This document shows, piece by piece, positions 9,819 to 18,538 of a stretch of DNA of 64,000 bases (position 1 is its first letter; each line of letters begins with the position of its first letter). Below the pieces are notes generated by a model that saw nothing but the letters and a program-made list of their open reading frames with translations, made no database searches and was not told the DNA's origin. Both the position numbers and the translations under genes were made by a program. Origin of the DNA: an uncultured Actinomycetes bacterium (GTDB lineage: Bacteria; Actinomycetota; Thermoleophilia; RBG-16-64-13); the NCBI GenBank assembly GCA_963706025.1, contig CAVPLM010000003.1, forward strand, positions 640,001-704,000, given 5' to 3'.

Positions 9819-9877
9819 GGAAGTTGTTCTCTTTAGTTACGAGTACCCCTGCGGTGACCGGAAAGGATTAAGAAGCC

Positions 9878-11254
9878 ATGATCTCTGAAGCCGAACTGAA
9901 AGAGCTTTCGTTCCCCGATGCTCCCCAGATGGTCTGTGAGGTCCCTGGGCCCCGAGTGATGGCGCTCATGGCCGAATCGGCCAAATATGAAGCCTTCACC
10001 CGAGGGGGCGGGGGATTCCCGGTCATCTTGGAGCACGGCAAGGGAGCCACGGTCAAAGACGCCGACGGCAACCTCTACATCGACATGGCGGCCGGCGTGG
10101 CCGTGAACGCGGTGGGGCGGGGCCACCCCAAGATACTGGAAGCCATCCAGCGCCAGTCGGGCGTCATCATGCACACCACCGACATCACCAACCCCAAGAG
10201 GATCGAACTTGCGAAGAAGGTCTCCGGAGTCATGCCCCCCGGGCTGCGGGGCAACTGCCACACCTCCTTCTTCCAGGCCGGTTCCGATGCGGTAGAGACG
10301 GCCATCAAGTTCTCCCGGCGTCACACCGGCCGCACCCAGATCATCGCCTTCCAGGGCGCCTACCACGGCGTGTGGTGCGGCACCTCGGCTCTCACCACCG
10401 GGTACAACTACCGGCACGGCTGGGGCCCTCTGATCGCCGGGGTCCAGCACCTACCGTACGCCTACTGCTACCGCTGCCCCTTCAACATGACCTATCCGGC
10501 CTGCGATGTGCAGTGCGCTCAGTACGTGGACTACGTCTTGAACACGCCCTATACGGCCGCCGATGACGTCGCCGCCGTCATCATCGAATCCGAGCAGGGC
10601 GAGGGGGGCTACGTGGCCCCGCCGCCCGAGTTCTTCCAGATCATAAAGGCAGCCTGCGAGAAATACGGCTGCCTCTATGTGGCCGACGAGGTGCAGTCCG
10701 GGGCCGGCCGCACCGGCAAGATGTGGTGCATCGAGCACGCGGGTGTGGAGCCGGACATGCTCACCTGGGGCAAGGGCATGGGTGGGGACATACCCATGGC
10801 CGGGATCACCTACCGGGCCGATATCGAAAAGAGTCTGTCCGAAGGCTCGCAGCCCAGCACCTTCGCCGGCAACGCTCTGGGGTGTGAGGTCTGCATGACC
10901 AACATCGACCTTATCACCGACCCGGAGATGGATCTCATGGGCCGGGCGGCCACGCTTGGGGAGGAGATCCGGGGACTGTTCACCGAGGCCATGAAGTCGG
11001 TCACGGCCATCGGCGACGTACGCGGAAGAGGTCTCATGATCGGGGTCGAGATCGTGGCTGACCAGAAGACCAAGGAGCCTCCGGCACCCGCCAAGGTGGG
11101 CGAGCTGGCCATGAAGCTCCTCAACCGCGGGATCCTGATAACGCCGTGCGGCCGCTACGGCAACGTGTTCCGCTTCATGCCGCCACTCACCATTCCCCGA
11201 GACTACGCCCTCAAGGCCACCGACGTCATGATCGACGTCCTCAAGGAGTGGTAG
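9878..11254 (+). CDS. Class III (omega) PLP aminotransferase, GabT-like
   Basis: GSDAVETA, AYHG, ADEVQSGAGRTG, PDMLTWGKGMGG (PLP Lys), STFAGN, VRGRGLMIG. Confidence 0.93.
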   Translation: MISEAELKELSFPDAPQMVCEVPGPRVMALMAESAKYEAFTRGGGGFPVILEHGKGATVKDADGNLYIDMAAGVAVNAVGRGHPKILEAIQRQSGVIMHTTDITNPKRIELAKKVSGVMPPGLRGNCHTSFFQAGSDAVETAIKFSRRHTGRTQIIAFQGAYHGVWCGTSALTTGYNYRHGWGPLIAGVQHLPYAYCYRCPFNMTYPACDVQCAQYVDYVLNTPYTAADDVAAVIIESEQGEGGYVAPPPEFFQIIKAACEKYGCLYVADEVQSGAGRTGKMWCIEHAGVEPDMLTWGKGMGGDIPMAGITYRADIEKSLSEGSQPSTFAGNALGCEVCMTNIDLITDPEMDLMGRAATLGEEIRGLFTEAMKSVTAIGDVRGRGLMIGVEIVADQKTKEPPAPAKVGELAMKLLNRGILITPCGRYGNVFRFMPPLTIPRDYALKATDVMIDVLKEW

Positions 11255-11354
11255 CAGGCTGTGGGGCTCTTCGTCTAGCTGCGCACAATACTGAAGCGAA
11301 GCAGTCTTCGTGCGGAGTCGGCCGCCGAGATCCGCTACCAGGAAGGGAGCGAAT

Positions 11355-12281
11355 GTGTCCCTGAAGTACAAGGTGTTCTTGCATAGCTACCTCGGCTTCA
11401 ACAGCAACTCCACCTTGTTCTACGGGGAGAAGGATGCAGTTCTGATCGATGCCTCTCAACTCCTGAGCGACACCCACAAGATGGTCGCCCAGATGATCCC
11501 CATGAGGAAGAACCTGACCCACATCTACGTCTCGCACTTCCACCCGGACCATCATTTCGGGCTGGGCGTGCTGCAGAGCGCCTTCCCGCAGGCGAAGATC
11601 GTGGCCCTGCCGAGTGTCGTCAAGGACGTGGTCTTCACCTCCAGCGACAAAGTCGACATGTGGGCCATCGATCGCTTTGGCCCCGACATCCCCACCAAGA
11701 CCACGATCCCCATGCCGCTCCACGAGCCTCGTCTCGAGCTGGAAGGCCAGGAGCTGCTTTTCTCGGACGACTGGGAGGGAGATAGCATCAACAACTCCGT
11801 GGTCTGGGTCCCCTCGATCGGGGTTGCCTGCGCGACGGACGTGGCCTTTCACGACTGCAACCTGTGGCCCATCGAGAGCAACGTCGAGCGGCGGGTGAGA
11901 TGGAGGAGCTCGATCAGCAAGCTCATGGACTTCGGCCCCCGGATCGTCATCCCCGGCCACCACGACGAGGCCAAGTTGCGGATCCTCGAGGAGGTCCAGG
12001 AGGACTCCTCCCGCACGTACACCGATTGCGTCGATTGGTCGCTTCGATACCTGGACGTCTATGACGAGGTGTACAGCACCGCTACGAACGGCGCTGAGCT
12101 GGTCGAAGGCATGAACAAGTACTACGGGGACGTGAAAGCCGAGGACTTCGCCCTCCACTGGCAGGCGAGACTGCTCTTCCCGCGTAGCTGCCCCGACTGG
12201 TTCACTCCGCTGCCGGGAGAACCCGGGAAGATCTTTCTGAATCCCAGCGGCGGGTTCGACGGCGATCCACCCAAGGAATAG
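11355..12281 (+). CDS. Metallo-beta-lactamase-fold hydrolase
   Basis: SHFHPDHHFG (HxHxDH), VLIDA, TDVAF, IPGH; GTG start after AGGGAG RBS. Confidence 0.85.
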   Translation: MSLKYKVFLHSYLGFNSNSTLFYGEKDAVLIDASQLLSDTHKMVAQMIPMRKNLTHIYVSHFHPDHHFGLGVLQSAFPQAKIVALPSVVKDVVFTSSDKVDMWAIDRFGPDIPTKTTIPMPLHEPRLELEGQELLFSDDWEGDSINNSVVWVPSIGVACATDVAFHDCNLWPIESNVERRVRWRSSISKLMDFGPRIVIPGHHDEAKLRILEEVQEDSSRTYTDCVDWSLRYLDVYDEVYSTATNGAELVEGMNKYYGDVKAEDFALHWQARLLFPRSCPDWFTPLPGEPGKIFLNPSGGFDGDPPKE

Positions 12282-12347
12282 GCTCCGTCGTTCTGTTCGG
12301 GAGGGAGATGGACCGCACGCACTTCCCACGAGAAGGGGGGCAAAGAG

Positions 12348-13163
12348 ATGCAGTTGGAAGGTAGGGTGGCACTCATCACCGGGGGCGGCACGGGCATCGG
12401 CGCAGCGGTCGCCGAGCGCTTCGTGGCGGAGGGTGCACGAGTATGCATCACCGGCCGGCGCCGGGAGATGCTGGAGAAGGTGGCAGAGTCGTTGCCCCCC
12501 GGAAGCGTCACCGTGTTCGCCGGCGACGTCAGCGAGGACGGGGCTGCGGAGCGCATGGTCGACGCGGCTCTCGGCATCGGCGGCCGGCTCGATATCCTGG
12601 TCAACAACGCGGCGATCGAGCACAACGCGAACATCGTCGAGATGGACCCGGCGGTCTGGCGGCAGACGCTCGAGGTCAACCTCACCGGGCCGTTCCTCAT
12701 GATGAAAGCAGCCATCCCGAGAATGATCGACGGGGGTGAAGGCTCGATAATCAATGTGTCCTCCCTGGCCGGAGTGGTGGCCGTACCCGGCGCGCCGGCC
12801 TACTGCGCCACGAAGGCTGGGATAATCCATCTCACCAAGCAGGTGGCGCTTGACTATGGCAAGCACAACGTGCGCTGCAACGTCATCTGCCCGGGTCCCA
12901 TACGGACCGGCATGCTCGAGATGAATTTCAAGCCCTTGGCGGAGCTCCTGAAGACCGACATGGACGGAGTGTTCGAAAAGGTGCGCGAGAACGTGCCCTT
13001 GCGCCGCATCGCCAACCCGGCCGACCTCGCCGGCGTGTTTGTCTTCCTGGCGAGTGACGATTCGCGCTTCATGACCGGCTCGACGGTGCTTGCCGACGGC
13101 GGCGTGCATTTCGTCGACGCGTTCGCCGCGGGGGTGGGCCATTACGGGGCGACCTGGGGGTAG
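12348..13163 (+). CDS. SDR family oxidoreductase (probably NADP(H)-type)
   Basis: TGGGTGIG, TGRR, NNAA, YCATK, CPGPI, DGG. Confidence 0.92.
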   Translation: MQLEGRVALITGGGTGIGAAVAERFVAEGARVCITGRRREMLEKVAESLPPGSVTVFAGDVSEDGAAERMVDAALGIGGRLDILVNNAAIEHNANIVEMDPAVWRQTLEVNLTGPFLMMKAAIPRMIDGGEGSIINVSSLAGVVAVPGAPAYCATKAGIIHLTKQVALDYGKHNVRCNVICPGPIRTGMLEMNFKPLAELLKTDMDGVFEKVRENVPLRRIANPADLAGVFVFLASDDSRFMTGSTVLADGGVHFVDAFAAGVGHYGATWG

Positions 13164-13497
13164 AGGTTGGGGGTCATGTGGGTCCTCTTCCAGCTGCGCA
13201 CAAAGGCCTGTGCGACTCTTCCAGAGAACCCACATGACCTCCCCAGACTGAAAGATGAGGAGCAGGGCCCGGCGCCAAGACGCGACGCGCGCAAGTCACG
13301 CACGTGCAGGGTCCCGGGGATCTGACGTGGCGCGGTTCATGGCCCTTTGAAGGAAGAATCGCACCCGCGCTGCTGGGACAAAGGGCCATGACCGAAGCTT
13401 GTGCGACCCTTCCGGGGAACCCGTTCGGCCCCTCTTCTTGATGGCAGGCGGGCTGAAGAGCCTCAGAGGACCACGCCGGTCCATTTCCGGCCGTAGA

Positions 13498-13896
13498 CTA
13501 CGCGCTGGTTTCTTCTTTGAGAAACGCGCGAACACGGTCGCGGTCCTCGTTCTCCTTGTCACCCTTGAAGTAGATCTCGACCAGAACAACTCGGTCTCGC
13601 GCGGCTTCATATCCATAGATCACCCTCATGCCGCTCTTGCTACCGGTGCCCTTGAGTGCCCTGCAGGCCATGCGAACTACCTTGAACACCACGATCTCTT
13701 CCGAGATTTGGACGCCGGCCATTCTTTCAATATGCCCAGCGTCGACGCCCAAGTGATGAAACGGATGAAGACCACTCTTGATAAGAGTCCCTAGGTCCTC
13801 GTCAAGGGAGCGATACTTCTTCTTTAGAGCCTTCAGGTCGCGGTTGAACTCGGGGCGCCGCTCGATGATGCCGAAGGGGGAATCAGCCAAGATCAC
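13498..13896 (-). CDS. RelE/HigB-like type II toxin (putative)
   Basis: EFNRDLKALKKKYRSL N-terminus, GSKSGMRVIY and VEIYFKGDKEN motifs typical of the RelE/ParE superfamily; overlaps the antitoxin stop. Confidence 0.7.
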   Translation of the reverse strand: MILADSPFGIIERRPEFNRDLKALKKKYRSLDEDLGTLIKSGLHPFHHLGVDAGHIERMAGVQISEEIVVFKVVRMACRALKGTGSKSGMRVIYGYEAARDRVVLVEIYFKGDKENEDRDRVRAFLKEETSA

Positions 13897-14675
13897 GCCT
13901 TACGGAGTACTCCGGGGTCCGATAGAACACGCTCTCGTAGTCCAGAACCTCACCCTCATCGGCAACGAGCCACGGCACGTCTCTGTGTGAGTATTCCGCA
14001 ATCTTGGAGGCGTTCATGTCGGAGAGTCGGCAGATGACTTCATCAATGGTCTGGATTTCCCGGCCGTTGAGAACAGATAGGTCCGGTTCGCGGAGAGCCA
14101 TGTATCGCTTCTGTCTCATGCCGTAGTACTCAGACCCGTAAGCCTGCAGATCGTTCTCAGCCACCATCGTTCGAGCTATGTCCTGGAACTCAACCGGGAG
14201 AGGTCCGAATTCCCTCTTTAACATACGTAGCCCCGACCAGCTGCTCCTCATACCGCTCGTAGTAATCGAAGTCGATGAAATAGAGGAGCTTGTAGAGAAC
14301 GGTCTCTCCCACATTGGGCTTCCCGCCGACACGGGTCAACAAGTAAAGGAGGGTCTCCTTGAACTTCTGAACGTTTTTCTGCGGAACGCTAATGCGGAGC
14401 CCGGCATCCCTCTTCAAAGGGGCGGCGCGTTGCTCGAGAACCACCTGCGGCCGTCTTGTGGGATCCACTAGGTAGTCAGCCGGGATTCCAAGAGCACAGG
14501 AAAACCTCTGCAACTCGTCTGCAGTCACCTTACGTCTTCCGGCTTCGATCTGGCCAATCGCCACTCGCGACAGACCGACCAGCCGACCCAGGTCTTCCTG
14601 TGTCATTTCGAGCTCTGTGCGAACCTTACCTATCTGTTCGCCGAGCCGACGATCAAACTCCGTTCCTCTGCTCAT
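13883..14675 (-). pseudogene. XRE-HTH + DUF4065 (Panacea/SocA) antitoxin, split by a one-base frameshift at about 14217-14219
   Basis: First frame has HTH (MTQEDLGRLVGLSRVAIGQIE) and KLLYFIDF...GATYVK. The +1 frame continues REFGPLP...YSHRDVPW. Removing one A from GTT AAA G AGG restores V-K-R-E-F-G-P. Confidence 0.8.
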
Positions 14676-14696
14676 GGAGCCTCCCTTTCGAGAGAC

Positions 14697-14726
14697 ACTC
14701 TAGACGATGTCATCAATATCTGTCAA
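14697..14726 (-). promoter_or_regulatory. Sigma70-like promoter of the TA operon
   Basis: Minus strand TTGACA-N18-TAGAGT, followed by GGGAGG RBS and ATG at 14675. Confidence 0.5.
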
Positions 14727-14894
14727 TCATAAGAAAGAAAAGCCTTCATCATCCCAGCCGCGACTCATCGGCGTCGGCAAGTTCCCGTGCACCCCAGCTA
14801 CTCGGACAACACCAACGCCGCTACCCGGCAAGCAGCTGCAAACGCCGGCTCGACCTCCTGACGGTGGTCGCGGAGTCCGAGGAGGGAGATGGGC

Positions 14895-14933
14895 GAAAAG
14901 ATGGCCCCCCGCCGCTTCTCGCGGCGGGGGGCC
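14895..14933 (-). terminator. Intrinsic terminator downstream of the ferredoxin gene
   Basis: GGCCCCCCGCCGC-TTCTC-GCGGCGGGGGGCC stem with an A-run on its left (U-tract on the minus strand). Confidence 0.65.
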
Positions 14934-14990
14934 GATCGTCTCCGGTACTTCGCCTGACCCCGGGGCTGCTTGGAGCCCTGACGGGCGCAG

Positions 14991-15809
14991 TTACTTGGTC
15001 AGAGCGATGTCTCCGAGGTTGACGTCCTTCTCCGTGCTGATCTCATCGAAGGTCTTGGCGGCGAAGCCCTTGGCCGAGATGGTCAGCTTGTAGGTGCCGT
15101 CGGCCAGTCCCTTGAACCAGAAATCGCCGAAGGCGTCGGTGGTGGCGGTAAGCGTCGCGCCTTTGTCCGGTCCGGTCAGGGTACAGGTCGCTCCGATGAC
15201 CACTTCTTTGTCGACCGGATCGTAGACCGTGCCCGCGACGAACTTCTTGGGGATGTTCAGGTAGTAGACCCGGGGTTTGGCCCCGAGCTCGGGCTTCAAT
15301 ACCTCAGCCTTGGCGATGTCGGCGGCGAATTCGCTCTCCTCACCGAATTTGATGGCCAGAGTGGGGCACGCGTCGGCGCACCTGGGGATCTTCCACTCGC
15401 CGCCATCGAGCAGGTGGGCGCAGCCGGTGCATTTCTGCGCGAGGTTCAGGTCGTCGTTGAAGTAGATGGCGTCGTAAGGACAGGCATCGACGCATAGCCT
15501 ACAACCCGTACACTTCACCGAGTCGATGATGACCAGCCCGTCTTCTCTCTTGTAGATGGCGCCCTCGATGGGGCAGGGCGGGATGCACGGAGGCTCATCG
15601 CAGTGCATGCAGGGGTTCGGGACATAGTGCATTTCGACCTTCGGCACGGTCCCTCTGATGTGTTCGTCCAGCCTCATCCAGAATTGCCCGGTATCCGGCT
15701 GGGGCTTGGCGATCGGCGACCAGTCATTGCCGACGTGCTCGTCTTTGCAGACGAACTGGCAGGCGTAGCAACCTACGCAGAGACCAACGTCAATAACGAA
15801 TACCTTCAT
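14991..15809 (-). CDS. Transhydroxylase beta-subunit-like Fe-S protein (BthL-like; four cluster motifs plus C-terminal beta-sandwich)
   Basis: CVGCYACQFVC, CMHCDEPPCIPPCP, CTGCRLCVDACP, CTGC..RCADACP; C-terminal TDAFGDFWF carboxypeptidase-regulatory-like domain. Confidence 0.88.
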   Translation of the reverse strand: MKVFVIDVGLCVGCYACQFVCKDEHVGNDWSPIAKPQPDTGQFWMRLDEHIRGTVPKVEMHYVPNPCMHCDEPPCIPPCPIEGAIYKREDGLVIIDSVKCTGCRLCVDACPYDAIYFNDDLNLAQKCTGCAHLLDGGEWKIPRCADACPTLAIKFGEESEFAADIAKAEVLKPELGAKPRVYYLNIPKKFVAGTVYDPVDKEVVIGATCTLTGPDKGATLTATTDAFGDFWFKGLADGTYKLTISAKGFAAKTFDEISTEKDVNLGDIALTK

Positions 15810-18437
15810 CTAGTCCCTGCCTCCTTCGATCCAGGCGTCGAAGCGCAGTCCGGCGCCTTGGTCGTATTCCCTGGCGAAAGCTTCGGGGTGATCCCTACGC
15901 CATGCTTCCCATTCCTCGTTCTTGACCTTCTGCACGTCGACCAGGTAACCACTCGTGGCCTGGCCGCACGCGTTCTTGGAAGTGAGCCCGTTCGGGGCGA
16001 TCGTGTTGATGGCCCCACCCCGGTCGACCTTGCCGGGAACCAGGGGATCGTGGCGAGCACCGTGGTCGACGTAGACGACACCGGGCTTGATCCTTTCCCA
16101 GACGCGGGCGCCGACAAGCACGATGCCCCGCTCGTTGAAGACCTTGACGACGTCACCGTCCTTGATGCCGCGCTCGGCGGCGTCGAGCGGGTTGATCCAG
16201 ATGGGTTCGTACCGGTAGCCGTCGAACCCAAGCACTTTGCCGGTGGGTGTCTCGCGGGCCCAGCTGATGTCGTCACCCTGGGCGTGCGTGCGCCAGCGCG
16301 GGTGGTTGGAGATGATGAGCAGCGGAAACATGTCGGCCCGCTCACTGGACAGGGCCTCGTCGTGAGTGACGCCCTTCTCGATCCACTTCGGGAACGGCGG
16401 CCGTTCCTTGTCGTCGGGGAAGTGCTGCGCCAGGCGCTCGGAGTAGAACTCCAGGAGGCCGCTGGGGGTCTTGAGCGGGTTGGTCTTCGGGTCTTCGTAG
16501 AACAAGCGGAAGCCGGGCGGGTCCTTCTCCCAATCATGAGCGGTGGCATAGACGTAGGTCTTCTTCTCGTAGAAGTCCTCCCAGGTGGTGAGCTTGTCCA
16601 TCTTCATGGCGTCGAAGACGACCTTCTGGAGGTCCTTGGTCGTCATGCCGCCGGTGAACTCCTCGCCCTTGCCCAGCTTCTCGGCGATCGCGGCCACGAT
16701 CTCGTAGTCGCTCTTCGACTCGCCGACCGGGAGGACCGACTGCTCCTGGATGGAGACGCTGGCGAAGTGCGGTCCCTGCCGGACCGTGGTGACGATGTCC
16801 TCGACCTCGAGCGTGGTGTTGGCCGGCAGGATGATGTCGGCATAGAGGCAGTCGTTCTCGAGCCAGGGATGCTGAGCGACCACGCACTCGATGCTCGCGT
16901 CCTTCATGGCCTCGATGGTCCAGTTGCCGTGGTTCCAGCAGGTGATGCGGCACGGCGTGTCGGTCCAGATCATGTGGATCGGGACGCCGCCCTTTTCCTT
17001 CGCTATCGGATACGTGTACCGGTCGAATTGCTCCTCGGTCTGGCACTCCTGGCCGCCGCTCCCGTAGAAGACCAGCGGCGCCTTGAGGATGGCGTCCTGG
17101 ATGAGGGTCTTGGGGATGAGTTGCGGGCCCCAGGCATGGACCGTGGTCCAGCACGGCTTGGTGAGGCGCTCGGGCAGTTCGGGGTTGAAGAAGCGGACGC
17201 TTCCCAGCCCTTCCGCCCTGGGCATGCCGAAGTACGTCATCTGGCACTGGTGAACGCCGGGCCCACCGAGCCCCTGCATGCCCAGGAGGACGCATTCCAG
17301 CCGGCCGGGCTCATGCGAGTAGGGGCCCCGGAAGGCTGAGCCGCCGAAGTAGTGGATGATGGAAGTGGTGTTCTTGGCGAACTCGCGCGCCAACGCTTTG
17401 ATGGTCCATTCCGGCACGCCGCACTTGGGGGCGGCCCACTCGGGAGTCTTGGCTATGCCCTCCTCGTCGTTGCCGAGGACGTATTCGGCGACCTTGTCCA
17501 TGCCGACCGCGTGGGTCTTGACGTACTCTTTGTCCCAGGTGCCCTCGGTGAGCCACACATAGATGATGGCCAACTGGAGAGCGGCGTCGGTATTGGGGAG
17601 CACCGGGATCCACTTGTCGGCGTGGACGGCAGCGGCGTAGTTGAGGTCGGGGCAGATATACACCTGCTTGATGCCGGCGCGGGTCCAGAACTGCGAGATG
17701 CGGCTGGCGTACTGCCCCGTGAACCCCCAGGGTGTGGTCTCCTCGTCGCAGCCCCACTTGAGCACCAGGTCGCAGTTCTCCGAGATGTCTTTGATGAGGT
17801 TGGCTGCGGGCGACATCATGCCCTGGAAGCCCTGGCCCCACACGTGCTTGGCCCCCCAGTACCAACCTTCCCAGCTATCCGGGTTGCGGACCTGCTGGGT
17901 GAAGCCGCCCATCATGTCGAGTAGTCGGGCCTGGTGACCGTGCGGCGTGTGGATGGTCTTGTTCTCGCCGTGTCCGTCGCCCTGAGCCAGTACGGCGAGC
18001 GGACCGTACTCCTTGTGTATCCGTCTGATCTCCGCGGCGATGATATCGGTGGCCTCGTCCCAGGAGATCCTCTTGTACTTGCTCTTGCCCCGGTTCTGAG
18101 GGTTCCTTTCCCCGTCGGGGTCCCAGTCGACCCGCTTCATGGGGAACTTGACGCGATTCGGGGAGAAGGTCCTCTTCTTGTAGGCGAGCGAGAAGGGAGC
18201 CGGCAGGGCCTTCGGCAGCGGGCTCAGCGTCTCGCCATTGCGCTCGATGGTCCACGGGTTCAGCTTGTCGAAGTCGTGCTTCCAGTCGTACTTGTACGGT
18301 CTGATCCTGACGGCCTTGCCGTCTTTCACGTCGACGAAACACTCGCCGCCGCCGCCGAGCAGACCGCCCATGGCCAAGTTCTTGATCGTTATCTTGTCGA
18401 CGCTTACATCAACCTTCTTGCGCTCCTCGTCCGTCAT
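15810..18437 (-). CDS. Pyrogallol-phloroglucinol transhydroxylase-family Mo enzyme, large subunit (divergent paralog)
   Basis: MKRVDWDPDGERNPQNRG, NPDSWEGWYWG (Ser ligand), no N-terminal Fe-S Cys motif; start MTDEERKK after AAAGGA RBS. Confidence 0.88.
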   Translation of the reverse strand: MTDEERKKVDVSVDKITIKNLAMGGLLGGGGECFVDVKDGKAVRIRPYKYDWKHDFDKLNPWTIERNGETLSPLPKALPAPFSLAYKKRTFSPNRVKFPMKRVDWDPDGERNPQNRGKSKYKRISWDEATDIIAAEIRRIHKEYGPLAVLAQGDGHGENKTIHTPHGHQARLLDMMGGFTQQVRNPDSWEGWYWGAKHVWGQGFQGMMSPAANLIKDISENCDLVLKWGCDEETTPWGFTGQYASRISQFWTRAGIKQVYICPDLNYAAAVHADKWIPVLPNTDAALQLAIIYVWLTEGTWDKEYVKTHAVGMDKVAEYVLGNDEEGIAKTPEWAAPKCGVPEWTIKALAREFAKNTTSIIHYFGGSAFRGPYSHEPGRLECVLLGMQGLGGPGVHQCQMTYFGMPRAEGLGSVRFFNPELPERLTKPCWTTVHAWGPQLIPKTLIQDAILKAPLVFYGSGGQECQTEEQFDRYTYPIAKEKGGVPIHMIWTDTPCRITCWNHGNWTIEAMKDASIECVVAQHPWLENDCLYADIILPANTTLEVEDIVTTVRQGPHFASVSIQEQSVLPVGESKSDYEIVAAIAEKLGKGEEFTGGMTTKDLQKVVFDAMKMDKLTTWEDFYEKKTYVYATAHDWEKDPPGFRLFYEDPKTNPLKTPSGLLEFYSERLAQHFPDDKERPPFPKWIEKGVTHDEALSSERADMFPLLIISNHPRWRTHAQGDDISWARETPTGKVLGFDGYRYEPIWINPLDAAERGIKDGDVVKVFNERGIVLVGARVWERIKPGVVYVDHGARHDPLVPGKVDRGGAINTIAPNGLTSKNACGQATSGYLVDVQKVKNEEWEAWRRDHPEAFAREYDQGAGLRFDAWIEGGRD

Positions 18438-18538
18438 CGCAATCGTCGTCCTTTCGCTTTTCCGTGGTTGACGTGCTCGGAATCTTTCTAGTACGAGGGG
18501 AATCCCATCCCTCTTACTACCGTAACCACCGGGAATAA

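Noticed and set aside
11355-12281. Beta-lactamase resistance gene
   Set aside because: Only the generic HxHxDH fold is present; no signal peptide and a catabolic context.
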